A model generated the notes under the pieces. The model made no database searches. It saw nothing but the letters and a program-made list of their open reading frames with translations, and had not been told where the DNA came from. A stretch of DNA of 62,409 nt, filler included, from Sphacelaria rigidula (lineage: Eukaryota), in the NCBI GenBank assembly GCA_964200075.2. It is 5 parts of 5 records of this genome, joined end to end, with 100 filler letters (N's around TTAATTAATTAA, not from the genome) between each part and the next. Parts side by side here need not be neighbours in the genome. Positions count along the whole stretch, not along the records: positions 25,007 to 37,408 come from CAXNAA020003812.1; positions 37,509 to 49,910 come from CAXNAA020003813.1; 3 more parts are not named here. One strand, written 5' to 3'. Shown one piece after another: positions 36,219 to 49,300 of this stretch (positions within the stretch are counted from its first letter, which is position 1; each line of letters starts with the position of its first letter). A program made the translations under genes and the position numbers.

Positions 36219-36904
36219 GTATCATTTTGTGCATGCCGCTGTCTTCAATCCTCACGTGAACTTCATCTCCCATAGTTGGCTGCTCGACACACGAATTGTG
36301 TGCTGTATAGTACTGGGCAGCGTCATCATTAGCGTTTGGTCCCAACACTGCAGTGGGCTTACCACTACAGTACAGGGGGGTTCCACTACGGTGCTACGGG
36401 TTGTCACCATGTCTTGCCCGCATCCGGTTCCAATACCGCACGATATTGGAGTGCAGTAGCAGAGCGTGAAAATAGTGAAGCGACGCGAACTCGTGGCAGA
36501 CGGTTTTGACCACAGCGAACTACATGGGGCCACAGAATGGTGGGAACCCTGTACTGCTATATGGTACGCCTTGCACAGGGCAGAGTTTAGTGGTTGGGGC
36601 GTCGTCGCAAAAGTTGGTTGAGTCAAAGCTAACCGCCAAACTTCCTGCTTTAGGATTTGTACTACTCCTTTTGCCATCCATTGCTAGTCATGCACACGCC
36701 GAAGATGTTGATCGTGAGGATACCGCAGCTATCGGACGGGAGGCTCGTTCGAGAATTCCTCAAGTAGTGTGAGGCTACCTGCCTGTGCTCGATCGCCACG
36801 TACCCTGCCGACGTAGTCGAAAGTGCACTTAACTCCCTGTGAAGTGATGTTTTCCTGATCCTTGAAGTCTGTCTCGGCTGCGGCCTACGAAGTTTAAGCG
36901 AGTG

Positions 36905-37150
36905 CGGTCGCCCCGATGGGTCAGTTGGTACTCTCGGAACCTCTCGGCGTTCGGGACGACGTGGGTTTGAATCTCGGTCACGTCTCACGATCTCGGATTT
37001 TTCCTCGCATTATGCCCAACAGTGGAGAGCGACTGTGTCGTGGGTACACAAAGATCGACTCCACGATCGACGAGGAAGGAACCGCTGAACCCTTGTCGAG
37101 ATAACGTAAGGTAAGCAGCACAGAGGGAAGGTGGAGTACCAAAAAAATAA
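36905..37150 (+). mobile_element. tRNA-derived SINE, copy 2
   Basis: Collinear with 12181-12403 (CGGTCGCCCCG..TCAGTTGGTA..GGAGAGCGACT.TGTCGTGGGT.CACAAA..GCTGAACCC) and has an A-rich tail. Confidence 0.85.
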
Positions 37151-37166
37151 CTTCTTTGTTGACCTT

Positions 37167-37333
37167 TGTGAACGTGAGAGGACCGCGTGCTTAGGGGACC
37201 GCATCGGATTTTAAACACCCCTATGATTAGGGTTGATTGGGGTCAGGGTTAGGGTCAGGGTCAGGGGCGCGGTACCTGTAGGGACTGACCCGAGCGGTCT
37301 TGAGAAACGTCAGTCCTGGGGTGTTTTGAACGT
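37167..37333 (-). mobile_element. Telomere-repeat MITE, copy 2 (inverted, one TIR truncated)
   Basis: Same TIR ACGTGAGAGGACCGCGTGCTTAGGGGACCGCATCG. Core has TTAGGG/TCAGGG repeats and is the reverse complement of copy 1. Confidence 0.8.
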
Positions 37334-37408
37334 TCATGTGTGTTGTTGTCGTCCCATTTATTCTGGGCGCCAGTCTACCCCTTTCGGGATATGTGGGGGC
37401 AGCAGCCA

Positions 37409-37508
37409 NNNNNNNNNNNNNNNNNNNNNNNNNNNNNNNNNNNNNNNNNNNNTTAATTAATTAANNNNNNNNNNNNNNNNNNNNNNNNNNNNNNNNNNNN
37501 NNNNNNNN
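37409..37508. other. Artificial contig spacer
   Basis: N44-TTAATTAATTAA-N44. Confidence 0.98.
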
Positions 37509-39742
37509 TTTTTTTTTTTGTATCGGCCCCCCCCCGCCCCTCCCCCCCCCCCCCCCCCCCCCCCCCCCCTCTCCTTCCCCCCCCCCCCCCCCCCCCCGGC
37601 TACGTCTCAGGGAACACGATTATTCAGAGCGGACTCACTGGATTAATACGACTTTCTCAGAAACATTGCTACTACGTACTGTATTAACGAAAGTTTTGCG
37701 GCAACTCCTACAACAGCATCCTCAACCCTTACACCCACCGCCTTGTAAAATCCTACAGCCAGCGACATGAAGGTGCATTTGGAAAATCGCGCCCATCAGG
37801 TGTAACTGGGAAGCCGGATATCCTACTCGCTCAGGGGACACTACTCGCTCTCCTGCCACCCTCCCCCCGTCATGATCGAAGTCACCCCTCATCTCCCATG
37901 CCATGGAATGGAACACATTTCTCGTATGAGCAACTCCAGGACTTCGAAAGAGAGACCTACTGCGCCGAGATTGTAGGCCTTATGACAATACAACAAGATG
38001 AGATTTTGCTACTACTGTCACGGGATTAGGGGGCGGAGGGGGACACCGCTTTTTAGAGTCTGGTGCGAGTACTAACAACGTAAAATAAAACTTGCACGAC
38101 ACAGACTACGTATTATTCTTCATGAGGCTGTTCTTCGTTAAGCTTGACATGGAAAGCCTTTTTTTGCCCCGAAAACATGAACAGAAAAGTCCCCAAGCCA
38201 TTTTCCTCATACTACTTACTAAAAGCCCTCCCGCCCTTGAATCTTGTAAGTAAATACGCCTGCGCTCAACGATTTACGTTTTTACAACTCATTACCGCGC
38301 ATCCTACGCGCTACCTATCTTCGGATCTCCCTCCCCCTCTCTCGCCACATAAATCCACATCGAAATGCTTAACTAGTCTCCATAGTAGCTGCTCGCCCGG
38401 GCCGTCACCGCTCGACACCCCAACGGTTGCCCTCCTAGGTATTTACATATCCATGTTCAGCTACTGTACTAGAGACGACACTCTGTTTGAGTCAGGAAAA
38501 ATCATTGATCCTACCATAACTCGCTTCTATAACACTAAACGAAACGTTCCCAGGCACGAATTTGGACACAAGAGGCGAAAGACAACGCTTTTTGGACCCC
38601 AATACAGCATGACGGGGCATGATAAACAGGCGCTAATTTCTGCGGCATGATTCCGCTTTTTATTTTTTAAATGTACAAACCGGGAAATTAGGCACCGTGT
38701 TCAACTTCCCCCGAGATACAAGTCGACCATGACAGTTTTCATTCGTTTTCGCATACTGTGTGATCGGCGCAACGATTGGCTGGGGCAATATTAACAAATA
38801 TACACCCAACGTTCAAGCTACTGTGGGTTCACGATGATGACCCTTCAGCTAAAATAAAATTCGCCGTGTCACAAGGGGCTGCGTAGACCCCCATCCCCCC
38901 TTTTCAACGTTATGCAATACAGCCATTGGCAAAAAACCACGAAGGAAGTAATATGAAGGCCTTTACAGGCAGCTACATTAGGTGCAGGAGTCATGTACAG
39001 TACATAGACAACTGGTTACGTGAGCTGATTTTTTCCTACACCTCTTCTCATAGGATGCGGTGCAACCAGGTCGCCACAAAAGTTAGCCACCTCAGTGGCG
39101 TTTTGCAATCACACTATCACTTCGATCTTTCTGGCTCGCGGTCACGTCGCATCAACCTCTCGAGAACAATGAACATGCTTGCGCCGATCCCAAAAACGTA
39201 CTTCTGATGAAAGAACCGGCCATAGTCTGACCACGTCTGGCAGACCAATTGCATGGATTTAGACAATCCCCCCTCGCGCGCCGCCGCCGAATGCACTTTT
39301 ACAGAAAAAATGCATGGGCATGATGCCTGGACTGAGATGTGCCACCGGGGGCATTCGGTGATAGCCGAGAATCAAACCTATTGCGCTGAATCAGAGATTT
39401 CCCCTTAACCTCCGACCCGCACCCTCCACAACGACAACATGGAAAAGAAAAAAAAAACTTCAAGAACTCGGAAACAGACCTTTTGCCGCCACTTACGCGA
39501 CGGAAGCCCGCTAGCAAGGCCTTGTGTACAAGAAAAGCTCGAACCAAAGGGCCATAAAGAGCCATGATACTGCGGTACACGACACGACACTCACCTACGA
39601 AACGCACACCACACACAATATTGATTTTCACGACGGCAGGCTACGGTGTACTACTTGTACTTTACTCGCAACAGACAGTTGCAACCTACGACATTCAAGG
39701 GGTGCAGAGCCATGACTGTACAGTGGTCTAACACTCAGATAT

Positions 39743-40036
39743 CTATACGCTCCACGTGTAGGATCCGTAGGACGCGTAGTTGTTGTTGGGATTCACCCAC
39801 GCATATCCGCCCGGGCCTGCAACAAGGGCGTAACCCCCGCCCAAGTTTAGGGGGGGCACCCCAGCTACGTACCCCCCCTGATAAGGGTACGCCGGAGGGC
39901 TCGGCTGTACGGCCATAGGTGTTGCCATGGGGCTCACGATGGGAGCTTGGGGTGCTAGCATCGGAGTGACCGCAGGGCTAGCGGGGGGGCTGCCGCCGAA
40001 GTTGCGGTATGCCCTCTCTCCCGTTGAATCGTTGAG
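39743..40036 (-). CDS. Possible terminal exon of a Pro/Gly/Tyr-rich protein
   Basis: Pyrimidine tract plus CAACACAG acceptor, then GGSPPASPAVTPMLAPQAP...PPAYPYQGGY...SYTWSV*. Confidence 0.4.
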   Translation of the reverse strand, partial: LNDSTGERAYRNFGGSPPASPAVTPMLAPQAPIVSPMATPMAVQPSPPAYPYQGGYVAGVPPLNLGGGYALVAGPGGYAWVNPNNNYASYGSYTWSV

Positions 40037-42036
40037 CCTGTGTTGCAGTAGTAGCAAAAGGAGGGTTGAAATTCGGACAGGCAATGATTGGCAATAACGG
40101 AGTCAGACTGGGGTATCATGCTCATTATGGTCAGGTACGAAGTGGGGGAAGGACTGATTGAATCCCAGCGGAGGGTTCGTGGCCTGGGAGGGATGAGGAT
40201 TGAAAACACCGTTTTCAGAAAATGACGCGGTGGGGGTATAGAGCGGTTGCGCATGATGGACTCAAAATATGTGTCCCGGCAGGTTGAAGCATATCTTTGA
40301 GTAGGACCGGAAGCGTTCAAGTGTGTTGCTGGTGACGGAAATGAGGTGGGTGGGATACCTGCGTTCGTGTCAAGGTCGTTCGTGGTGTATTCTTGTCGTG
40401 CAGAGATCCGTGGTGTTAGCTAGTACAGCCGTGGACAATGAGGTTCATGCAACCGGTATGTGCGGACAAAACAAAGCGAAAGAGCTAGCTATGTGATGTA
40501 CAAAACCACGGGGTGTAGACATCAAGACACGCATACAGGTCGTCTCGAAGACGGCCACCAAGCATGCGCTGCGAGGGCTCGACTCAGTTAGGGTTGCTCT
40601 CAACGATGGATGTACTTTTGAACCTTTCCTTGCACTTTCCCTTTTCCATTTCCCACCCGTGAGAAGAGGAAATATCTGGTTCATTCTAAAAGGTTTGGGG
40701 CCCACGTCCACATTCCACATGCCATCACATCGCCTTATGCCGGCAGCGCAAGGGCTCAAAAACATTAATGTCACCAAGAACAGCAAAGTCATATCCATGT
40801 GTAGTGCAGTCGTGGGGGTGTTCAGTGTAGGTACTGTGCGTGCCCCCAACTGCATGAACAAGCAGCAGTACTGATTTCCGGGTGTGCACAATTTCCAACT
40901 TGGAAACGCAAACGAACGACGCCATGGGCGAAAAGTCATACACGTTTCCGAATTAAAAAAGATAACTATGGGGAATGAAAAACGTGAAAAAAATTACCCT
41001 TTTCCCATATCGTTAATAGCGACCCTTACCATGTTACAGTGCACTCTTCCCAACTTGTAAACCACGTCAGTGACTGGAGCTGCCAAGGCTTTGTCAACCA
41101 AAGGTGGTAGACAGCAGCCACCGAAGACCTACGTCGAAAGTACCCCACAAACGATGATTATCGCGGAGGGCACCAGTCTACCAGCATGTATATGTATAGC
41201 CTACTTTGTGGTACAGGATCGCAGTGATCAGCTGAGACAGGAAGTGCAGTACGGTATGCAAAAGCCTCGTGAATAAACGATCACTTCAAGTTTCGTCCAA
41301 GGTTCTTCAATATTCAAATCTTCCGATCAGCCACAAACATGCCTCCTTGTATTCCGTACCCTGACATGGAGGATCCTTGAGTCAAGCTGTGCTACATGCT
41401 CAAGTTTTGCTGAAGGTGGATGGGTCAATCTGGGCATACATTCGACAGCTGAGGGTGAAGCGAGTGCTGCTGCAATACTGGACTGTCACTTTGAATATCT
41501 GGACACATACTCAACAGCTCTCACCAGCACTTGCGGCCGTTCGTGTCGTGGGTGGCGATCCAAGTCATTGTCTGTGCAGCAGTGAGTGCGAGGATGTGGG
41601 GCACCGGCGGCGGCGGAGACATCAAGACGAGGGGGGGAAATCGTCGTATTTCAACAATGTATTGCTTACCCTGACGACACTTGAGCGCCGCACAACTGTG
41701 GAAGAACCATTCAATTAACATTCGAGGGGTCGCTTTGCACATTACTGTAGCCACGAATCGCACGCGGTTGATGCTGGCCGAACTACGATATATTGGCGGC
41801 TCTTGGGTCCCGCAAGGCGCGCGAACGACGCGCGCGTGGGTCGCAGGTGGGGTACTCAACACGATTTTATGGGATACCGTTTGCGGGCTCAAATCTTCCT
41901 ACTTTCTTGTTTCCGGGTCGAAAAATGCCGTTCCCCCGAAAACATACACATAATTGTATCGTATGCATCCACATCTAATTTATGCGCAGAACCAAGTCTT
42001 GCAACATAACTTATCATTCATCGTTGTAAGTTGATG

Positions 42037-42256
42037 AAAGGACCGCGCACTTTCGAGAACAGTCGCGACCACACACACCCAAGGGGTGAACGGACTCCGT
42101 CTATCTCAATCATCACAACTGTCTGTTGTTAGCGTTGCAAATTTATTAAGGGACTGCGCGCCTTCGAAAACAATCGCGACCACACACGCACGAGGGGTGA
42201 ACGGATCACGCCCATCTCAATCACCACAACTGTCTGCTGGAAACGCTACGAAAGTT
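42037..42256 (+). repeat. ~111-bp tandem duplication
   Basis: GGACCGCGCACTTTCGAGAACAGTCGCGACCACACAC...CACAACTGTCTG occurs twice. Confidence 0.9.
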
Positions 42257-42434
42257 GCCCTACTGCGGGGAAAACATCCATCATGATCAACTTCAAGGTT
42301 ATGAGATTCTCTCCTGGTCCCTTTATAGATATCTTCAGTTCATTTGTTGTCAGTCACCCAGACGTCTTGTTCAACACTGGAGCATACAGCAACAATACAT
42401 GTGATTTGCTCATGTTATGACAACGTATCTGCAG

Positions 42435-42616
42435 GCTATCAGGTACCAGAGTCTACAACTGCCTCCCCCCCTCGCCCCCCCTATGATTATTCTACGGTTG
42501 TTGGTATCAATTCCTTCAAGACCGAGCGGCGAGCAGAGAGCCATTTGGGCCGATACTACCTCTATGAGAGTGCACCGCACTACGGGTACAAGCATGTTAC
42601 TCCTGTCTGCGATGCA
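42435..42616 (+). CDS. Probable exon of an SGNH/PC-esterase-like protein
   Basis: TCTGCAG acceptor and GCA|GTAAGT donor (phase 0). Encodes GINSFKTERRAESHLGRYYLYESAPHYGYKHVTPVCDA. Confidence 0.5.
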
Positions 42617-43546
42617 GTAAGTGTTCCCGGCTGTTGCGAGAGAGCGTGTCTAGGGGGCCCGCGAGCGCTGCCCAACGGAGGCCTTCCGCGCAGGGCGACA
42701 AGGACAGCAGAGAGCCAAAGACACCTGAAATATATATCTACAGTATGCACCTCGTGTGAGGTGCACGATTGCTACGATTACAAGGCGGGCTTATTGAGAG
42801 ACGAGGGCTGAACAACAGCAGGCCGAAACCGCCACACAGCGGCTCCGCTCGCGAGAAAATAAAACTTTGTATTACTAGTATGGCAGTTCGTTCCATGATC
42901 ATTAGTGATGGCACGATGACATCCGACGTTGCCTTGTGGTTCGGAGTTTTTCCCCTGCCAGTATACTATGAATCGATCATTCCCGATGCACCCGAAATTT
43001 TGATCCACATTCATGGACACAAAAAATGAACTCGACGTTGACTTCAACTTTCGCACAGTTCCTTCATGATACGAAGCAAAATTCAAATAAACAAGCCCGC
43101 CTAACCAACACGAGGCCTTGTGCAAGCGTGCCTACCCAACACCACCTACCTGCTACCGCACACACGATTCATTCGCTTTATCTGGAGACACACAGCATGA
43201 CAAGCGCAATTCGATGACTCGTGCATCTCGGTACTGTACATTATCCTGACAGCGGTGACGGCTTGACAGAGAAAACACGTCTTACTCGAACCATGTTCGT
43301 CACACACAGAATGGATCCAGCCAAGACACTGAAACGCACGGTGCCGCGCAGTGGCCGCTGCTGCATATATATCCATCCCGCCCTGATGGGCCACCCCGGC
43401 CGGCTTTCTTTCTCAATTTCACGAAAAGCGCTGATTGGTTTCAACCGGGTGTACAGGGTGTTGCTCACCGGTGTAGTGGCGAAGTAAACTGCGGTACTCT
43501 GGTGTCTTTGTTGTATCTCTGACGGAGGAGGAGGTACTTCAAACAG

Positions 43547-43652
43547 GTCGGGAAGCACGAATGTCGGTGGCGTGAAGAACTGCCGAAGCCCCAGATCGCG
43601 TTGGATGCGTTTCGCTCACAGCGCCCAGTGTATTTCGTGGCAGATAGTACAG
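43547..43652 (+). CDS. Probable exon with an SGNH block I-like motif (PVYFVADST)
   Basis: AAACAG acceptor in phase 0 with the previous exon, VGKHECRWREELPKPQIALDAFRSQRPVYFVADST, donor AG|GTAGGT. Confidence 0.55.
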
Positions 43653-44044
43653 GTAGGTACTTACTGTGCTTTTTTCGAGTTTGGTAGAGGAACGGGTTGT
43701 GGAATGTGCTTGTGCGGAAGGGTTGTGGTCGAGGGCGGGCAACTTGTCTGCATCCAGTTCGCAGGTAGGTCAACGGATGGGACGCAGGAACGCGGCGAAT
43801 ATTTCCCGACGGTTACACAAATGTGCTTGGTCGGTCCACTTCAATCGAAACGCCTCCAAGTAGGTGAGACGGACGGGACTTTTCTGTTCGTAGACGCTAC
43901 GAATGTACCGCGAAGACAAACAACAAGACGCTCGAAATAAACATTACAATAATAATAATGGTACGGACGAAACAACTGCGTGGGTCTGTGTTGTGGAGTG
44001 ACAGAATCGATAGGATATACCGCAATCAAAAGACACTAGATAAA

Positions 44045-44109
44045 TCTCAAACAAGAGGTTCCCGGTATATTTACCGTTGTTCAATATACCGGGAACCTCG
44101 AGTTTGAGA
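44045..44109. ncRNA. Long hairpin; candidate miRNA precursor or tiny MITE
   Basis: 27-bp arms (8 bp + 2 mismatches + 17 bp perfect: GAGGTTCCCGGTATATT / AATATACCGGGAACCTC) with an 11-nt loop. The structure is certain; the function is not. Confidence 0.4.
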
Positions 44110-46304
44110 GATACACGTCTACTGGACGGAGTTGATGATGCCGTCCTCTCCTCGTTTGGTGGCAGTTACCGTTGACTTTTTCAGAAAACCAACGGACACA
44201 CATATTCACCCATCACGGGCAGCATCCACGGTTCAAGTCTATTATGTACGACTCCGGTTCCGTACACAATCATGTTCAATTTGATAAAGAGGCTTTCACA
44301 CGGGTCCACAACAACAGAAGCAATTCAGCACGACTGCCTGTTGCACAGCTTTGCATCATGGAGGAGGAACGGAAGGATTTAGAAAGTGTACATTTAGTTC
44401 AAGTTATATAGTATACGTACTGGTACGCAGTTGCGAAATATGGTGATTGTAATAAAATAACGGATGCGTCTGTCTAATAGACACAGTACTAGTTTAATCT
44501 ATTACAGCCTATTACAGAGCAGTTTGTACTGTGTTTCTTACTGCTTCACAAGCGGGGTCCACAATCTCACGTACGGCCAGGGAGGGGGGGAACAGTACCT
44601 GTACTCCTCCAAAAACACCGCCCAGGGCCAAGGATCCTTTCACCCGTAGAATTTTACGATAAATTACAACCAATCATATCCTTCCAGCGCATTTGATCCC
44701 CTGACACCTTGCTGTAGGAAAACGCCTCCCATGCACGACACCGAACGTCGAGAAGCCAGACCCCGAAGTGGCGACATAATACAACGTAGACCATCTGCTT
44801 GCAACAATAGTAACGATTTACAGCTGCTGCTTTACTATCTCATTAGCCCTTCCGACTGCATCGTCTACCGGACCATACCGGGAGCATCGCGGCAACGAAT
44901 CTGTTCTATTTGCCGGTGCGCAGCTGACAAAAACGAGAGCACCAGGAACAACAGAAGAAAAAGCGGTTCCCCGACTTCAAACACAGGTGCAATACTAAAA
45001 CCAAGTGAGTTTGCAATATGGTATAAAATCTTCATCATGCCCTGGACGCAAAGTTGTACTGCACAACCTACAAATGCATACCGGTACATACGTGCTACTC
45101 GTATGGTATACTCGCGATCGATGATCTGCCCCGCCCTGGGTTGGGTACAGTGAACTCTGGGAACGTACACGTGCGGGGATCGCTGTCGGCGCATTCCATG
45201 TTCGATGACACCCCAAAAATGTACCGTTTTTGCATGTCTTTTTTTTGTATGTCTATCAAGCATTGTGAAGTTGCAGAGGGTCCGGGGCCCGTAAAGTTGG
45301 CACAGCGAACTTAGAGTACGCGGTGGAAGAGGAGCATGCAGCTAGCTGCCTGGTCGTGGAAGAGGTTGAAGGGTGATGTACATGGTACTAACGCAAAATT
45401 TTATTTTCAATGGGTGTTTACAGCAATTCAAGTAGTCGCCACAGCCGTGAATCCCATGCGGTCGTTTGAGGCCTTCTCGTAACTGTTTCACCGGCCGCAC
45501 CGAACGCCAGTGTGCACTGGCACGCCGATTCACAATTACATACAAAACGGACACTGAAGGGCAGCACAGACAGGGCGCGTGGCCATTTACCGGCTGTTTT
45601 CGCCCTGAGCTGCGTGAATTCGCATGCCTTGAAGTGATGACAGAGGAATGATACTCTGAATACTGCCTCGCCGCGTCGTGCATAGTTGCGCTTTTCCGTA
45701 CTTACACTAAGCGCAGTGGGGAACAAAATAGGGTTGCCGGTACGGTGGTGATCTTGTAATGACTTGGAAGCACGACGGATCAAATGTTCAACATAAAATC
45801 GGCATCAAAGCACGCCGACGGCGGCCCCCCTGATGCAGTCACGCACTCAATGCGCTCGGCAAGTGCTGGTCCATTTGATATTGGACACGAGTCACGGTAC
45901 AGACGGTTGTAGTTCAGTCCAGCTCAGACGCATGATAACTGTACCGGTCGGCGCGTTGCGCGTGTGATGACGCACTGCGAATCATTCCGGGGGGGGGAAG
46001 AGAAACTTGAAAAAACCGATCAGTGCCCCGGGTGTGAGAGAGTGTCAACGGAACAGTTATTTCGAAAGTTTGATTTAGAATTTGCAGAATCTCAAGCATT
46101 TTCTTTTCACTCTGCTCCGGAGGGCTGGGAGAACCTCACCGAAACTGCTGCAATCGATCAAGTACAAGTCCTTCAAACCACGTGGTTTTGTACTGCATTC
46201 TCTGTACTCATCGTAACTGACAGACAGGTTGTCTTCTTTTCGATATTTGTGGTCGTTGTTTATCCGCCCCGCTGGACACTGACGTTTTTCTCAGGGAACG
46301 AACG

Positions 46305-46369
46305 ATGTCCGAGCCGATCATCAACACGCAGTGGGTTTCCAAGGTGGACGCCAACGGCAAGCAATACTG
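46305..46369 (+). CDS. First coding exon of a WW-domain protein
   Basis: MSEPIINTQWVSKVDANGKQYW matches the WW N-terminal half. Upstream TTTTTCTCAG acceptor and donor TG|GTGAGA. Next exon not identified. Confidence 0.6.
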
Positions 46370-49300
46370 GTGAGACTGAATCACACAGTCCGTAGTGGTG
46401 CAGAACAGTAGTATATATTTCAAGGCAGAAACTCGTGTCGATCTGGAGCAGCGTGTGCTTTTCGATCGCTGTTTCGGGAAGGTCTTGCTGTACTATTCTA
46501 TCTCGTATTTCATTTTCCTTCTTCGTCGCTGCAACATGCTTTTTCGGCTACTGTAGAGTTCCTCCTCTCCCGTGCTGTACCGTTCTTCGCCGAAACGAAC
46601 GCACAACAAGACTGTGGGTATCATGTTTTGGTCACCCGGCCGGCGGCACCCCAGAGGCCTTTTGTATATATTTACCGAATCCCCCCCCCCCTTCCCCACC
46701 CGAGGCGTATTTATGTTCCCCTCATGTGCGTGCGCACCCACCTTCTGCTTTTGATCAAATTGACACAACTATTTTCCAATCTTCGTTTGAATTTGAATTA
46801 TTGCCAGCTTGCCTTTTGTCCCGGGCAACTTCAACATGCGACCGGCTCTCGCCCTCCACCGCTCACTCTGGCTCACTCATATGAAACACGACTTATCTCG
46901 CCCTTCATCCCGTCACAGGATAGCCGTTGAGGTTTGTACGTGAATACCGAACAGACCCACGGTCCGATACACCCGTGTTGAAGGAAACGAACTCTTGCCC
47001 CCTCCATCCCGCTTTCAAGCTGGGTGGTGTACCCTTGAACATTCGCGGACGGATAATCCTCATGCTCGTCAACTTTACTGTTATCTCATGTAACACTTGT
47101 AAGAACCCGCAAGGTGATGCCACCAAACCCTTGCCGATCGACTACTTCCTTGAGGTGTCGAAAGTTGAACCAGGAGAATGATCGTGCGCCGCGATATAGT
47201 TGCTGTGTCTGAATATTTTTTCCCGCAATGTGTCATCGACCCAAACACGACAATCTTCGACTTGTACCTACTACGACTACTACACCACGGTGGCTGTATA
47301 CTATGTAGTATTTTTGTCCTCGCACGGACCGCCTCTTTATACCCCGGTGTTCCAAGTGAAAGATCACTACTGCAGTAGTCAGTTAGTGCGCAAGGCCGTG
47401 GGTTGGAATCCGGACAGATATGGTGCCTCAGAGTAACGTGTGTCTTCCGTCCTGGAAAGCTTGGAAGATGCAAATATCAAAGAAATCAGGGAACGGAGGT
47501 GCCGTGAGATTCGATGATCGACTGGGGCGGAGATCGGTTGATTCGTCGAGCATAGCAGCTGCGGATTCGTTCCGAAGAGACAAGCGGTTGAACATACGAG
47601 GGGTAAAAGAGAAGGAGGATGCGTCGTGCTAAGAACTTCCTGACGTGTCACTGTCTGTACTGTTTGTATCATATCTTGAAATGTAACTGCCATGTTTTTT
47701 TCTTCTTACCAGGTTGGTTCTGGCGTTGATAGGTGAGACTGAGACTGTCATGGGCGCGCGCAAGCGTAGTGATCTTTGCCGCCATATCTTCCGGTCACGA
47801 ACCAACGTATCTGTGCACGCCTGATATTTTTGTCCCACAAGGAGGGCAAGCCTACCCGTTCCGTTGTCCGTTTCTAGCTGCGGACTTTGAGAGAACAACC
47901 CTCTCCTCGCGGAGTAGGCTTCTGAACCTTTGTCGTGTTTATTACTCGATTCTTATTTTTCATCTTGTTGTCCGTGGCATGTAAATAAGAGTTTTATGCG
48001 AGTTCTGAACTTGAAACTGGCGTTCTCAGTACACTAAAGATATACCGTCAACTGGCAGGAACCCAGACGCAGCGAGTCGGACCAAACCTACTTACTCCAT
48101 ATGCGTTTCAAATCCTCAAAGTATTCACCCGACACTTCAACCAAGAAAAAACAAGTGGTTCACTGCGTGAAACACGGAAAACAGCACACTGAGTAGAAAC
48201 CTGGGTGGACTCTGGTCTCACCTGCTGAGTAATTTTATTGGATATTTCGAGATTTAAGCGAGGAATTGCTTTTCGTTGTAATATTCGACCGTTGGCGGAA
48301 CGTTCCGCCGGGTTTTGAAGAATGACCACCGTAGCCGTAAATGATCGCTAGTAGGCCGGGTTACATGGCTGAGTGGGCGTTTTTTTTTTTTCTTGTCCGC
48401 GTGCTGAAAGAAAAACTCAGACATCAGTGATTCGAAATGCTGTCACTCAGACCACACCCGTCTCCCGGATCTCACAAACCTCAACTTCAATCAACACACC
48501 GTTATTATCACTTGAGCATGGATGTACTCGCCCTTGTACCTTTGCTGCTTCTCCCACACCGAACTGTCCCACCTGACTCATCACACAGGCAATAGTGCAA
48601 GACAGTGTGTTCTGAAATGGCTTCTAGGAATTGCAACCACCTTGAACATAGGGAAAAAATATTCCCGCTCCAGCACAAAACATCGATTTCTCCCGAACAC
48701 AGAATCGAGCCTTTTTATTGTCTGCATGCCAAAGGGGGAAGGTCGACCATGCCCCCCCCGCATCCCCGCATCCCCGACACTCCAACTCCGAGCTTCCGCT
48801 TGGGTAGCATGGTTGTGTGAGGCAGACGAGTTCACCGCTGCAGTTCCATGCGCATTCCTTGAGTGTATATTTCGACTCGTGATCGTTATATTTCAGCTAG
48901 CGGTGACGCAAGACAGACGAGTTTTCGGCAAAGCTCGGGGCACAACGTCCGAACACTATGCAACCACATCTGCCACGTCGAATCGCTCCTGAACATCACA
49001 CAGTTCACCCTACTGTACACCACATCATCCATTTTCTATTGCTGACGCTGTCACGGCTACTGTACTTTCGAAAACTTAGCTGTTGCCCTGAGGCTAGAAA
49101 CCACTGGTACTGGTGCCTCATGTATGAAAATCGATGACGCACAGTATAGGGTATATAGGGGTGATGGCGCTATTTTCCTCGTCGGAGTTGTCTGCACCAA
49201 TAATGACACTGCCAAACCCCAGCCTGATTCGAAAATCCGGCGTGCTCCGTCATGGCTTTGCAGGGACGGACTCCCTGTGGGGTTGGCGTCGGTCGGCGAT

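Noticed and set aside
37509-37600. Poly-T and poly-C tracts as a functional G-quadruplex element
   Set aside because: They lie at a contig edge (as does poly-C near 49830-49860), so length and sequence are unreliable.
47100-47181. Peptide DATKPLPIDYFLEV as an exon of the WW gene
   Set aside because: Splice phase is incompatible with the WW exon (it would create a stop), and the match is too short to assign.
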